Part shown: piece by piece, positions 49,349 to 62,900 of the stretch
Layout: the number at the start of each line of letters is the position of its first letter
Position numbering within the stretch: the first letter of the stretch is position 1
NCBI RefSeq assembly: GCF_011745625.1
Contig: NW_027191457.1
Coordinates: forward strand, 806,001-870,000
Reading direction: 5' to 3'
From: Cladosporium halotolerans
Taxonomy: Eukaryota
DNA: 64,000 bases
Notes under the pieces: model-generated
Database searches by the model: none
What the model was told of the DNA's origin: nothing
What the model saw: only the letters and a program-made list of their open reading frames with translations
Program-made: the position numbers and the translations under genes

Positions 49349-50486
49349 ATGCAAAACCTCATCCACACCTTCATCGACCCGCTGCGCGATCGCTTCGCGC
49401 CCCTCAACCACACCTCCAACTTCCGCCAGACCGGCCAGATCACGCCCGAGGAGTTTCTGCTCGCCGGCGACTTCCTGGTCTACAAGTTCCCCTCCTGGTC
49501 CTGGGCCGACGCCGCCACGCCGGACAAGCGCGTCAGCTATTTCCCGCCTGGCAAGCAGTACCTAGTCACTCGCGGTGTGCCGTGCAAACGTCGCATCAAG
49601 AACGAGGACTTTGCCGGCAGCGCAGATGGCGAGGATCAGGTTGTCCGCGATATGCTCAAGGGTCCCGGCGGTGAGGCCGGCGACGAGGACGATGGCTGGC
49701 TGAAGGCCGGTGGAAGCAATGCAGATGCCGGCAAGGGCTCGGAATACGACATTAGGACTGTTGATGACGCGGGCGAGGTCGGCGACAAGATCGAGGACGA
49801 GGACGACATCCCTGACATGGAGGACGATGAGGATGACGAGGAGGCCATCATCCGCGACACCAAAGGCGGGAAGGGCGAGAACGGGTATGCTTGTCTCTAC
49901 GAACCCCACGAGAGCTCTGCGAAAGTCACTTAACACATCTAACAGACTCCGCACCTACACCCTTTACATCACCTACACGCCCTACTACCGCACGCCCCGT
50001 CTCTATCTCTCCGGCTACGACGGCGTGACCAACCAGCCCCTGCCGCCGATGGCCATGATGGAGGACATCGTCGGCGACTACAAAGACAAGACCGTCACAC
50101 TCGAGGACTTCGGCTTCGCCTCGCCGCCCATCAAGACCGCCTCCGTGCACCCCTGCCGGCACGCCAGCGTGATGAAAGTCCTGCTCGACCGCGCCGACGC
50201 CGCGCTCAAGCTGCGCCTCAGCAAGCTCAGGCACGGCGAGAAGGCCTCGAGCGCGGGCATGGAGGGCCTCGTGGACGCGACGTCTGCGCTCGAGGTCTCC
50301 GCTGCCGCCGGCAAAGCCAAGGAAGGCGGCAGCGGCGACGGCGAGTGGGAGGTTCTCAGCGACAAGGAGGGCCAGCACGAGGAGGAGGACGTCGCGATCC
50401 GCGTCGACCAGTACCTTGTCGTTTTCCTGAAGTTCATGGCGTCTGTCACGCCGGGCATCGAGCACGATTTCACCATGGGCGTGTGA
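49349..50486 (+). CDS. ATG3: Autophagy E2-like Atg8-conjugating enzyme Atg3; intron 49885-49945
   Basis: [43 protein letters not shown], catalytic HPC and [11 protein letters not shown] motifs. Confidence 0.96.
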
Positions 50487-51132
50487 CTGCGCGCGGCCAA
50501 GATCGACTGGTCCGAGTGGGTCAAGCTGTACCCTGGGATTGATTTCCCGCGCGAGGTCGGTTGGATGGAGGTCAAGAAGATGTTTGGCGGGGGGCTAATG
50601 GCTGTTGGGATGGATTAGATGCTGGTCCGTCGCGTCTTTTGGTGTTAATGATGGGATGGACTATAGATTGGCATGGCGTTCTGATGGTTCATCACGACCA
50701 CGATGGGGATCCCGGGCGTTTTTGCGAGCTTTCCTGCGAATGCCTTGGGAGCGAATCAAGGCATGGACACAGCGGGCGTTACAGGAATCGTGTGGCAACA
50801 CTGATGACTTGCTTCTTTCTCTTTGGTAGATACTTCTAGAAATGGCGACATGCAGCATGATAACGGCTTTGCTGGCCGCCATCAGCTGTCTATGAATCCA
50901 TGCAAGCTCGAGAGGTGGCGTCGGAGACGTGCAGTTCATGGTAAAGTCTCATCTCAGTATGCGTCTATACGCCTGGCCGCTGAGGCCCTGCTCATGCTAT
51001 CGTGACATGCCCTCTTCGAAACGCCGGAACGCCATGCTTCCCATCCATCGCTCATGCATCATGCCGCCAGGCCGTGCCGGCAAGGCTCAACAACCTTCGT
51101 CCCGTTCATCATAGTCTCCGCCCAGAGCGCCT

Positions 51133-52458
51133 TCAGGTCGCCTTGACATACGCTGTAAATATAGTTAGCACACACAATCCCCTCAGATCGATCAAAACAC
51201 CGAGACCGAAAACCAGTCAGACTCACAAGCATCGATCTTCCCCACCTGCGGCAGCGCCAACCTCAGCTTGTTCCTATACAGCACGGGCTCGCGCTTCTGC
51301 ACGGGATTGCCTTCGAAATACACCTCCTCGAGCTTCTCCTTGTCGCGCAGCGCGCGCTCGATCTCGCGGAAATCCTCCACCTGGCAGTTGCTCGCCCAGA
51401 CGTTCTCGAGCTTCGCGAGCGCCTCGAGCCCTTCGAGCGACCCGATCGGGTTGGACTGGAAGTCGAGGATCTCGAGCTGCGTGTTCTGCGCGAGGGGCGC
51501 GAGGGACGGGATCTTGTTGTCGGAGACGTAGAGTTCTGTTAGTTGGGGGAGGGTTTCGATGCCGGCGAGGGAGGTGAGGCGGTTCGCTTGGATGCTGAGG
51601 CTGCGGAGGTTGGTGAGGGTGGAGACGTTCTTGAGCTCGGTGATGCGGTTCTGGCCGAGCCAGAGGGAGGTCAGGTTGGTGAGGGTGGAGAGGCCTTCGA
51701 TTTCGCGGATGCGGTTGGCGCCGAGCTCGAGGTAGGTCAGGTTGGTGAGGGCTTCGAGGTTTTCGATGCGCGAGATGCGGTTCTGCACGAAGTAGATGTG
51801 GTCGAGGTTCGTGAGGGTGGAGAGGTTCTTGATGTGCTTGAGCTTGTTGTAGCTTAGGTCGAGGCTGGTGAGGGAGGTGCAGTCGTCGAGGCCTTCGAGG
51901 TGCTTGATGAGGTTGTCATAGAGTTCGAGTTCGGTGAGCTGGGGCGCGAGGCTGGGCGGCAGCTCGATCTTCTGTATGCTGTTCTGACGGAGGCACAGTC
52001 GACGCAGGTTCTTGAAGCGTTCAAGGCGTAGGCTGGGTATGCTCCCAATACGAGAGTGTTGTGCGTCAATCTCCTACTCATGCGACACGATCAGTCTCGA
52101 GCTTCACAAACTTTGGCAACACTGCAATCGTTCTGCTTTCCACGTACCTCCGTATCCGGATCCTCCTCATCAAGCAAATCTGTAACAACCCTCGTCTCAG
52201 CACTTTCGTCCCAAAATATTCCTCGCCAGATACTCCCAACCCACCTTCGTCCGCCGCAATCTCGTCCACAGGCGGCGCATCCTCGTCCTCGTAATCCGAG
52301 TCTTCGAGAGCCTCCGGGTTCGCCAGAACAGCCTGCTTCTCGCTGTTCAAGCGCAGCTTCCCATCCCATCCAGTGCGGTTGCTATGCGGCGTGCTTTTGG
52401 GTGTGGTGTCTTCGGCGGACGGTGGCGCCGCGGCGGCGCCGTCGTTGGGCTCGGTCAT
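51133..52458 (-). CDS. SDS22: Protein phosphatase 1 regulatory subunit Sds22; exons 52458-52245, 52179-52148, 52073-51227, 51152-51133
   Basis: GWDGKLR N-terminus, tandem SDS22-type LRRs and YRNKLRLALPQ..KIDA cap; all introns GT-AG. Confidence 0.93.
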
Positions 52459-53085
52459 GGTCGCAGGGTGGATTTGTGGAGAGGTGGGAGGAGAAGAGAA
52501 ATGTTCAGGCTGGATAGGCGGCAGCAAAGAGCGTCTCGAAGAAAGTCGGCGGTCGCCGCGTCGCATGTGCCTGTTTCGTCACCCGCGCGCGCGGTCGCGG
52601 GGAACGAAGCAGGGTCGCGAAACGTGCGGGTGGGGCAGGGTATTTTATCGAGGCTGGATTCTGCAAGGTACCCTTATTATAGATGTATTTGTTGTTCAAC
52701 CACGCGTGCGTAATGTTCAACGATTTTGGAGCACATGTTAAGATCTATGCTATTGACGTTCATATTCTAAGGAGAGACCAAACGCCATAATGTTCAGGCA
52801 ATGCGGAAGCCAGCATCATGAGATTAGATACAAACGCATTACAAAAGCTAGACAACCTTTACTTTTCTGCCATCGTCGTTCTTCCCTCCATGCACCTCCG
52901 GCTAATGCTATTCAACAAAATTGCCAACGCCATCGCTAAGGGTTCTGAAAAAACCTGTCATGCATGCATTTGCCACCAAACTCCATAACCACCATGCTAT
53001 ACTATGGCGAAACCGTCCCCTCGCGGGTACGACGTGGTGGCAAAATGGTAGGTACTTTTGCGTCTTGTTCACACTCCGAGACATC

Positions 53086-55289
53086 TCAGAATACCGTCCT
53101 GCCTCCAGCAAACATCGGCTCCAATATGTTCCAGCTCCAGTCGGCGATGCCGTCGACCTGCTTCACGTCGCGCATCCAGTCTAGCATGAGCGTCGCTGTG
53201 CGGTTGAGGTCGTCTGCGTTCACGTGCTTGTCGCAGATCTCGCGCAGCACGGGGTTCTCCCGCGTCATGCGCAGGATCAGGAGGATACCGAGGAAGTTCT
53301 GTGTCCAGGTGAACAGGTGCGGCACGAGGCGCTTCTTGTTCTTCGGCGGCGCCATGGCCAGAGGCCAGAGGCAGGCGGACTGAACGGCGAGCGCGCAGCA
53401 GCTGGCGTCCTCTTCTCCCATGAGCTCGGGGAAATGCAGGGCTTTGTAGATGAAGGGTCGGAACATCATGAAGCGGGCGTAGTAGAATCGTGTGCGGAGC
53501 TGTGCTGTTACCACGTCAAGATTGTATCGGTGTCCGATGGGGACTGAGCCTTGGTCGGGAGAGAAGAGGGGTTCGTTGGGGCGGCGACTGTGTGGGTCGA
53601 AGCTGGGGAAGTCGAGCATGTCTGTGTCGAGCCATTGGAGAGGCCTAGGGAGTAGAGAGCGCCAGGAATCTAGCTGGCGAGCCATTTCTCGGATGACGGG
53701 CACAGGAGGCCCGCCGTAGTCGTCGGAGGCTTCGGCTTGTGTGACGGATGCTGAATGACTGTCAGTAAAAGGCAATTGATCATTGGGCCAGAGATCACGT
53801 ACATTCGTGTATAACGCCATGTATGCGAGCGATAAGTCGCCTGAGAGCGATCATGGCGAGGAAATGGTATTGGAAATGAGAACGCTCTTCTGTGCCGTTA
53901 TTACGGCCATTCGAATCGTGAGCTTCGTGAAAGTATGGCAACGGGACTTCGTCCTCCAGAGTGTGAATTCCAGTTTGGGGTAGATCCAGATCCAGATGAT
54001 ACAGATCTTCGCTCAAAATGCACGCCCAATAGGCTCGCTTCACCATATCTCCAACTTGCGTGGACCAGTCAATGTTCGCGCATTTGATGAGCACCTGGCA
54101 GGCCATAGACGCTGCGACTGTGCTGCGCCAAAAGTCAAGATGGCGAGAGCACGATTCATAATACGTGGCCTGCAACAATAGGATCTGCACGTTCTCCAGG
54201 CTACACGTGTTGACCACAAAGCCGAGTCGCCGTCTAGCTTCATTGAAAATCTCAATGCCTGGAGGCTTTGCGCGCGTGCCGCCGCGAAACCCACTTGGCA
54301 GTCCGTTTTCAGTGGATATGGGTTGCCCGAAGACTCCTTCAATCGCGACTTGTCCAAGGGAAAACACCATGAGAGCTAGAACCGCTTGAGGATCGCCGTC
54401 AGAATAGCCCTCCCGTAAAAGGCGTGCCACGACTTCATCTGCGAACACATCGTAATTCAGTATAGGGCAGAGGACGTTGAAAGTGTTGAAGTAGGCTTCC
54501 GTATACTCCTGAATCTGTTGTATCGTAAGGCTGGGGAACGCGTATCTGGTGGAATAGCCTGTGTTGGAGGGCGGTGTGTCGATGCGAACGCTCTGGAGAC
54601 ATGGGTCGAACGGTAGCGAGTCTGGATGTTTGTTCATTTCCAGTCTGATGAACCAAGGCGTCCCTTCTTGGAGGATATGCTGCAAGTCGGCGGCAGCACT
54701 AACGCCAGAATTCATCAGGCAAATGTAAATGCTCGGCCACAGGATGACCTTGTGCGGGACTGTTAAGTGATCGTAAGTTCGCGGGAGCTCGATTGATTCT
54801 TTTCGCCGCGACGACACTGCTTCACCCTGCGTTTGTTTGCCAGAAGATCTTGAGCTCGGATATGTAGTTGAAGTTCTAGTCGCAATGTCCGGTGTTGAGG
54901 TGCTGCCTTGGCCTAGAGCGAGATTGTCGAATTTCGTCTCCAGTCTCGTAAGAGCATCTAGAATATGCACCATGGTCTTGTCTTTCCTGTCGCAGGCGTT
55001 AGAGATCCGAGGCTTGTCATCATGCGACCCCAGTCGTGAGAGTACCTACTTGGTTGGTAGAGGTTCGCGATATTGGCAAGTGACGTTCAGTCTCCGACAC
55101 AGACCACCTAGAAATACGTCAGGTCTACAGGCGCGGAAAGGGGCTTCGACGGTACGTACATTTCGGTCTCTGTTCGTCACACTTGCTCTTGCGATTTCGA
55201 CATGTTTGACATGCTTGAGCGGCGATGGCAGCCCTCTCCCGGCGCTGGGAGCCCTCGCTCGACTCCACGGACTCTCGCGGGGTAGACAT
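53086..55289 (-). CDS. Zn(II)2Cys6 transcription factor with fungal TF middle homology region; exons 55289-55160, 55107-55050, 54986-53803, 53750-53086
   Basis: Spliced [43 protein letters not shown] and KRAYWAC motifs. Confidence 0.92.
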
Positions 55290-57903
55290 CACTGCGACTC
55301 GTTGCGAGTTGAGATCTGGGTTAACCCTGGCGGAATTCGGAACGATAAGATGATAAGGCAAGTAATACGTTCAACTCGGGCCCAGTGTGCTTGGCAGAGA
55401 GCTACGCTTTTAATGATTCGGTTGGAGAAGCTTCAAAAAGGTGCAAGGCGTTTGGCGGACTCGATGACAGAGTGAACGCACGGCAATGACCGAGAGGACA
55501 ATACGGCGGCGTTCAAACGGTTGGGCGTCGAGCCCCGGCGAGGTACTGGGTGTGGTCGGGAGCCCACGCGATCCAGCTCAATGGCGGTGGGCGTGCAGGC
55601 CAGGTGCAGTGCCGGTCAGCCTGCGGCGCTGGCGGGCGTCGAGGACAGGGGGGCGGCCGCTATGGAGGGCGGAGGACAGGGTCGTGGTGAGCAGGTCGCT
55701 GCAGGCCTGTGTCTTACCGGAGCAGCGTCTGGATGGGAGTGGGAAAACAGAGCGCGTGCGCGAGACGCAGTGCCAAAAACGCCAGACGCAGGCGGCGGGC
55801 GGCGAACTTTGAGTCTGATGACGCTGGGTGTGACGCCGAGGGTCTGTACGTGCTGGCGACAACACCTTGGATCTCAGGTAGCAGGCGCAGAGGTGCTGCT
55901 GGCGAATGATTTCGAGGTCGGACTTGGCACCGGCGCGCTGTGAGTTGCTCGAGGGTTCAGCCTGGTCGAGAGGTGAGGCCCTTTTCGCCTGCTTGACGTC
56001 GCCCACCGCGCCCGATCTCGCGTGTGTGGCCGACGGCGGACCTGGCTCCTGTCCAACGCCCGCAGTGCAATGCGGCGGGTGACGACGAACGCGGTGTCGC
56101 GGTCGTCTGTATGGCTGTCTTTGAACGCTCGGCTGGGCTGCGTGCATACGTCGTCGAGAAAGGCGCAAAATGTCTACCCCAGTCGGCGAAATCAGCGCTC
56201 AACGGCCCGTGGCATCACTGTGATGCTCACTAGATCGTGACAGGCGCGGGAAATCGAAGCACTCGTAGGGTTGCTTTCCAAAGCACCTCACAAAACTGTG
56301 CGCAGCCCTGCGACTTCGCCTGGGCCGTGTTTGAAGTCCGCACTGGAGAGCGGCGGCCCACGGGGCGCCCGCCGGCTAGAAACGCCTCGAACACCTAAGG
56401 CAATTGTCTAGGTAGCTTGCTCGACGTGCATTTGCGTCAAAGTCAATTGCGGAATCCGACCAAGAGCTCGCGTGAGGCCACTATTCTACACTACTCCACG
56501 ACCTCAAGCATTCTTGGGCGGATTCCGTCTGCGCAACATGCAGCATGGACGAATTCTAGACCCGCTCGGAATTGGCTCCGTGACGCTGCAGCGCTGGCCT
56601 TGTGATCATTGCGCATTTCGATCCATCGGTGGCGCGGGATTTGCGCATGATGAACTGGATTTCCCAGCGAGCGCCCGCACGAGCATTGGCGGTGACGTCG
56701 TACGATGGGGAACACGGCTCCACTCTAACTTGATTAATTGTTTACCTACCTGTCGCTGCGGCAGGCGACACGTTCAAGCACTCGCTGAGCTCTGCGAGAT
56801 ACTGGAAGTTGTGCGTGCGGAGGTTCCGCCGGCATCCGACGGCACGTGACTGACATGTCATATACTTGGGCTGGGGTTACCGGTTTCGACCTCAGCGATG
56901 CAGCACGCCGGTGCGTATCTTGGTACTCGACAGACTCCTCCCTTTTTGGCCCCGGTATTAAGGGGTTTCGCAGGTACCTGAGGCCGTATACCACGTCTGT
57001 CACTGTACGCCACAAGAGCTCTTGGCGCAAGGCTCCCGATACCGACCGACGATGATACGCCCACGTGCAGTAGATTGCGGCACGGGCGCCGTTCGTTTCG
57101 CAGCAATGGTTACCACTCCATCGGCACGGCGTCGAGGCGCGTGCGGCACGCTGCATGCACTTACACAGCTACAGCTGTGGCTGTCGATGTACACATGCCA
57201 TGTGAAGGCGTGGACGCCTGCCGTAAGCGAAGGGTTGCCCTCTGGCGACGTCGCAAGCGATCAGCCTATGTAGCGTAGCCTGCCTTGCCCGCGAACCACC
57301 GGGGCATTGCAGCCGGTGATCATCGCAATCTCCGCCGAGACATTGCTGTGTAGCAGGCTGATCGCAGCCGTACAGGCGATAGCACTTGATGCTGAGCGAG
57401 CAGCGCACGAGCACAGGGCTGGCGGCCGCTCCGCGAAAAGCCGGGACGAGTGTGCTTCTTAATGTAGCCTTCCATGGGAACCCGCGATATCCCTCCTGAC
57501 GGTGAGGGGCAGCCGCCCAGAGCGGTAAGGGTTGGCAGAGAAGCTTTACCGTCGGCGATCTAGACGCCTGCAAGACCCACTAGAGATCTGAATATACACG
57601 CGTGCTGGCATGGCAGCTCAGAATTACCTTCCCTCCGTACCGCCACAAGCGTCGGGCTCGTCGCTTAGCTGGGCTCTCTCTCTCACCTCGACACACCGTC
57701 ACGCCTCGCGCAACACGTCGAAACACCGTTGCCTCGGCTTGACTTCGCGACACAGCTGCGGCTGCGACGAGCGCGCTACCTCGATTCTTCGCGTCGCATC
57801 ATCCTGACGATCGCAGAACTTTACCTATCTCGACTCACGTTGTCTGATACCGCAGCGCGAATAACAGTCACATGCGCCGCACCGAAAACTTCGCTACACC
57901 GCC

Positions 57904-59439
57904 ATGGCTGAGATAGCCGGCCGCGACAATCTCCCCCGGCGCTCGTCCTTTCGCAAGTCGTTGGCCGAGGCAGGCCTGCCTCAGGAATACCTGGACCAGC
58001 TGGAGCAAAAGCGCAAGCAGCTCGACGAGTCAATACACAAATACATAGCGGCCAAGGAGCGCGAATACCGCCAATTTGAGAAGGACGTCAAGTTGCAGTA
58101 CCGCGCGCAAGACACAAGCAGCGCACAACCGCGCAGGAGCTCCGCTGAAGAACCGCACAGCAAATCTTCTTTGTCTGCGGTAGACACGCTTTTGCGCAAA
58201 GGATCGCGGCGCGACTCTGACACCACCGCTGTCGAAGAAGATGCGCGCCCCCCGGTTGCGCAGGCCGCTTCCGCAACTTCCGCCGTCACTGATCGCCGGA
58301 CAAGCGACGATCGCCAGGAGTTCGTCGGCGTCTTCACACCCCAATTTCTGCCTGCATTGGAGACCAGCGAGGATGAGAGATTGAAGAGCGTTTTGCGCAC
58401 AGAGTCAGCGCCGGACATGATCGGAAACAAAGACACAAAAGCCGTCGAAGTCGCGGTACATCGGGCAAACTCGGATACGGTCGTTCTTGCTCCGCATGCG
58501 CAAGGGAAACGGCCTGCGCATTTGCACCTTGCGCATCGCACGTCCTCATCCGGCTCATCTGTCGACGGAAAGCTAATATCCGCCATGAAGTCGCCGTCAG
58601 ACCAAGCGAGGCCCAAGCGAAAGCGCGTTTCTCTCGCAGTTGGCGATACCATAGTCGCACCCTCAGACAACGTGCCGCTCATGATGACCAATAATAGTAC
58701 ACCCTCTCACTCAAGAACAAGAACAACACCTCCAACATCACAGGTCTCCTCGCCCCGATCTGAATCGCCAAATCAAGAAACACCACAACAATTCGTCGTC
58801 ACAACAAATCTCACCAAACCTGCCGTCAACGGCATCGGCGGGATCAAAGCTCTTCACGAAGAAGAGACCGCCACCGCACGCGCTCCGCAACCCGCTCGCT
58901 CAGCGCCCTCGAAGTACCCCGGCGACGACATTGGCGAATTCTGGCACATGGAAGAGCCCGACGACGACGAAACAGAGAAATTCCCCGATTTCGAGATGGA
59001 CGACGACTTCGAAGAGGAAATCGGCAGCGGCATCGCAGGCCGCATCTCGCAATCTCCTCTCCCGGAACCCACCGCGCCGCCCGCCGACCCCGACGAAGAA
59101 CCAGACGGCTTATACACCACCGAGCCAGCCAGCGAGCCCGAGCTCGAATCCGAAACCGAACACCTCGAGTTCCGCCCGGAGTCCGCCAGCGCCTCGCAGC
59201 AGCCCACGAACCCCGGCTTCCGCCGCCCCTCCGTCATTCGCGATCCAGGATACACGGGGAGGGACTACACGCGCGCGGCGGCGAACGCGGAGGAGACGGG
59301 CATCTACGGGTCGAGCTACGCGCGGCCGGTGAGCAAGGGCTCGTTCACGGCCGGGTCGCTGGGCGAGTCGTATATGGCCCGGCACGCGGAGGAGATGATG
59401 CGGTTGCGCATGGCGAAGCAGGACGCCAAGGCGCAATGA
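57904..59439 (+). CDS. Hypothetical protein, 511 aa, N-terminal coiled coil and disordered body
   Basis: Long ORF with GCCATGG start and coding-like bias; KRKRVSL resembles an NLS or RVxF-like motif (inference). Confidence 0.75.
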   Translation: MAEIAGRDNLPRRSSFRKSLAEAGLPQEYLDQLEQKRKQLDESIHKYIAAKEREYRQFEKDVKLQYRAQDTSSAQPRRSSAEEPHSKSSLSAVDTLLRKGSRRDSDTTAVEEDARPPVAQAASATSAVTDRRTSDDRQEFVGVFTPQFLPALETSEDERLKSVLRTESAPDMIGNKDTKAVEVAVHRANSDTVVLAPHAQGKRPAHLHLAHRTSSSGSSVDGKLISAMKSPSDQARPKRKRVSLAVGDTIVAPSDNVPLMMTNNSTPSHSRTRTTPPTSQVSSPRSESPNQETPQQFVVTTNLTKPAVNGIGGIKALHEEETATARAPQPARSAPSKYPGDDIGEFWHMEEPDDDETEKFPDFEMDDDFEEEIGSGIAGRISQSPLPEPTAPPADPDEEPDGLYTTEPASEPELESETEHLEFRPESASASQQPTNPGFRRPSVIRDPGYTGRDYTRAAANAEETGIYGSSYARPVSKGSFTAGSLGESYMARHAEEMMRLRMAKQDAKAQ

Positions 59440-59966
59440 TTTTGATACCCCCCCTTGGCGATAGGATATGGAGGATTTGGATTATGACGGGAATCAAGAC
59501 GGCTTTTTTCATGGCCATCAATTTTGTGTTTTTTGAATCTTTGGTATATGGTTGATGTCACTATCTGTGTAGTAGTTGAGGCTCATGTCCGCTGAACGCC
59601 GGGCTTCTCCGCCGAATTGGTATCGCTCGTTCGCGTGACACAGGGTGCGATTGTGCCGCGATAGAGGTGAGAACCGAGAGATGAGAATATCCCCATCACA
59701 AGGCACGTGAATGACATGTTTCCGTTTTCATTTGCGGGAGATCGCGTGATAACTCGACCGTGCAATCACAGAATACACAGGACGAAGATCTACAATATCC
59801 AGCGGAAAATTCTCGGCCGATCTCCAACCGCCGACGAACTTCCTCGAGATCTCGCCCTCGAGACCCTGCCCATTGCAGCCACGAATCCCACATCGACCAA
59901 CCCTCCCGCAATGGGCCTCTCATAAACTCGCAGACAACCACAAAAAAATACCATGGCCCAGCAGCT

Positions 59967-62900
59967 ATGCTCCCACCCCCGACCCGACCCCGCGCCCCTT
60001 CCGCCGCCACCCTCCGCGTCCTCTACCAGCTCGCCTACATCTCCTCCGGCACTGCCGTCGGCATAGGCGCGTTGTGCGCGGAGGAGCGGCGGCGGCGAAC
60101 GCAGATTGTTCAGAGGGTCGCGGACAATGCGAGAAGGATTCGGCAGAGCCCGCGGTATGCGCGCGGCGCGGCCGCGCTGGCTGTGAGGGAGCAGGCGGAG
60201 TTTGAGGAGGAGGCCATGACCTGGAGGCCGGAGGGTGTTGAGAGGGGGGATTGGGAGGAGAAGAGGCTTGTTGGGGGAGAGAGGAGGGGTGGTGAGTTAA
60301 GGTCGGGGGGTTGGGAGGGCGCGAAGATGCCGGAGTTGCCGAGTGTGGTTGAGGAAGAGTATGGGATTACTGTTGAAAGGTCGGAGGGGAAGGGGAGGAA
60401 GAGGAGGCGGGTTCGCAGGTCGGGAACGCCGGAGTTTGTTGAAGAGCATAGGAGTCGGGAACCTGTGGGTAAGAGGGGACTGGATCGGCGGAACGGGCGA
60501 CTGGACCAGCCGTCGGTTCGGCATCTCGCTGAGGACTCAGGACTCCAGGAGGATGATTTTGATACAAACGGCAGCACTGTTCTATCTGGAGGGAAGCCGT
60601 TTCCATTGCAATGGATATCATACCAGAGGCCTGAACCCAAGACAAGGCCGAACAAAGGGCAGCTAAAGCCCCAAGAACCAAGAAGACGACTTTTCCACGC
60701 CAGCGAGAAGGGCAGAGCATATCGCAATCCTGAGGTCAGCTTTGAACGGGTTGCGAAAGAATTTGGCACGCGCCACCTCTGGGATACATCAGATTTCGGC
60801 GACAAAGAATCATGGTACAAGCTTCTATCGAAAGATGTCAACCTATTCTTCGACAAAGTGGATGTGAAAAGCCAATCGAGGATGGAAATGCAGCACGCCT
60901 GCCGAATTGCGAACAATTTATTGCGTTTGTGTTACGACAGCGGAGCTGTCAACCTGACAAGATCGCTCCATCTATGGAAGATTGCCACGAACGCACTCAA
61001 TGCTGAAGACCTGAGCGAAACTATCAAGTTGTTCCCAAGTATCTTGACCAAGATGCGACCAGGCATGCTCGTGCAGTATTTCTCAGACTTATTCGCAACA
61101 GAAGTGTACAGACTTTTGCCGCCGTCAGAGAGGATGAGGCTTGACTTGAGATTACGCGCAGAAGCCTTGAAAATGGATGAACATCCCGAGCAGGAAAGAC
61201 CTCTAGACATGGAGTTGGGGTTTCCGCCTTACGGGTCGTTGATCGGCAGCATCTCTATTCCTCCTGAGATGGCAGATCAGGGTGAAGAGTTTGGTGGCAT
61301 TGTTGGGCAGGAATGTAGGCTGCTTGTCGAGGAGGGCCACCTGTCTCCGGCCATCAATCTTTGGTGCATGGCAATGGAAGCTCAAGGGTTCTATCGGAAA
61401 ACAGACGAAAAGCTTGATAAAGAGCTCTTCGACGCTGCTCTCAAAGCACGCCATTTCTCGCTCTGTGTCCGCATGTTGCGATTCAAGCAGTCCCGCAATC
61501 TCAACTACCAGCTCCGCGCACAGAAAGACGACTTCATCCGAGTTTGTTTTGATACAGGCGGCACAGGGCTCTTGCGAAGCCTATTCGATCGGAGATCCCC
61601 AGATGCGCTGGGACATAACAACCTCAGCACGCACAGCTACATGTGCCTCGCCCGATGTTTTGCGGAGACCAGCTCCAGCTTCGAAACCTTTAGGGCGTAC
61701 TACAACAAAGTGCACCCGGAACTGCGCGCATCTGTTGTTGAGAACAGCATTCTTGCGAAAGCATTCTCATTGAGGGCAAAATGGAAGGCCACGCGAAACT
61801 TCGATCTCGTCGAATCGGATTTCCATCAAGCGTTGCGAGAGTTTACTGAAGCTGGTGCTGGCAGACGAACTCTGCGCCCAATGATCATAGCAATGGTTGA
61901 AGTTGATATCAGTGCCAATCGGCCTGTTGACGCAATGAAAGCTTTGACTTATCGGAGCAGGGCTGATACTGAGGGCAATGTCGCCGCTCTCACAGCTTTG
62001 GCACTTGCGAAACAGGACAATTGGCCCGCCGTTAGACGTCTCTTAGGAGTGGTGGAAGACAACCCTTCAATGATCAAATGGACAGGAATCACGACCAGGG
62101 CGTTTAACAACATGTTGCACCTTTTCTCAAAGGCCCACACTGCACACGAATTGTCAGATTTGGTCGAGGACGCGATGAAACATCTTGGATTTCTCCCAAA
62201 CAAGTCAACTTGGGAGATCATGCTTTCGAGCTTTGTCACCAAGAAGGCTAGATCGCTTCTGGAATACTGGCTCCGGTTCCCTAGAGCAATCGGCAGCCAC
62301 CTGAAGCTTGATGCCAACCTCGCAGCTGTCCTGATGAAGCGTTGGTATCTGGACTCAAGGCAATCACATCAGAAAGTTACTTACTTCCTTCGATATCTGA
62401 CCCAAGTGCCTTCGCTGCGCAGCGGAAATCTCTTAAAGGTCATGCTCGAGGCCATTGGATACGATTTCAGGAAGAGCATCAGTCTCCAGAAAGGCGGTCT
62501 GCAGAGACGCGGAGAGTTGCTGGAACCCTTCTTACGTGCCCTTGATCGGGATGGTCTTGTCTTATTACCTGGCGAGGTCGAAAATGAGGAGATTTTACTG
62601 CAAGATCACTCTGAAGACTCCTCACCAGCGAGAGATCACATGGCGGGAGTCGACTTCGACTCGATACAGTCTGAGCTTACAGCCATCTCCCACGGTTCAG
62701 AGAAGCCTCCGCGGGAGATCGAAACGATGACAAACCATCGCACGCCATCGGAAGACACAGAAAAAGCGCCGCAAGTGCAATATAGTCAAGGCGTCGCCGT
62801 ATCTGAGCCCGAAACTTCGGAAGTCCCTACGGGCAGCACCCGCAATGTTGCAACTTCAACATCTACATCGCGTACCCAAAGCCAGATTGCCAGCGACGTT

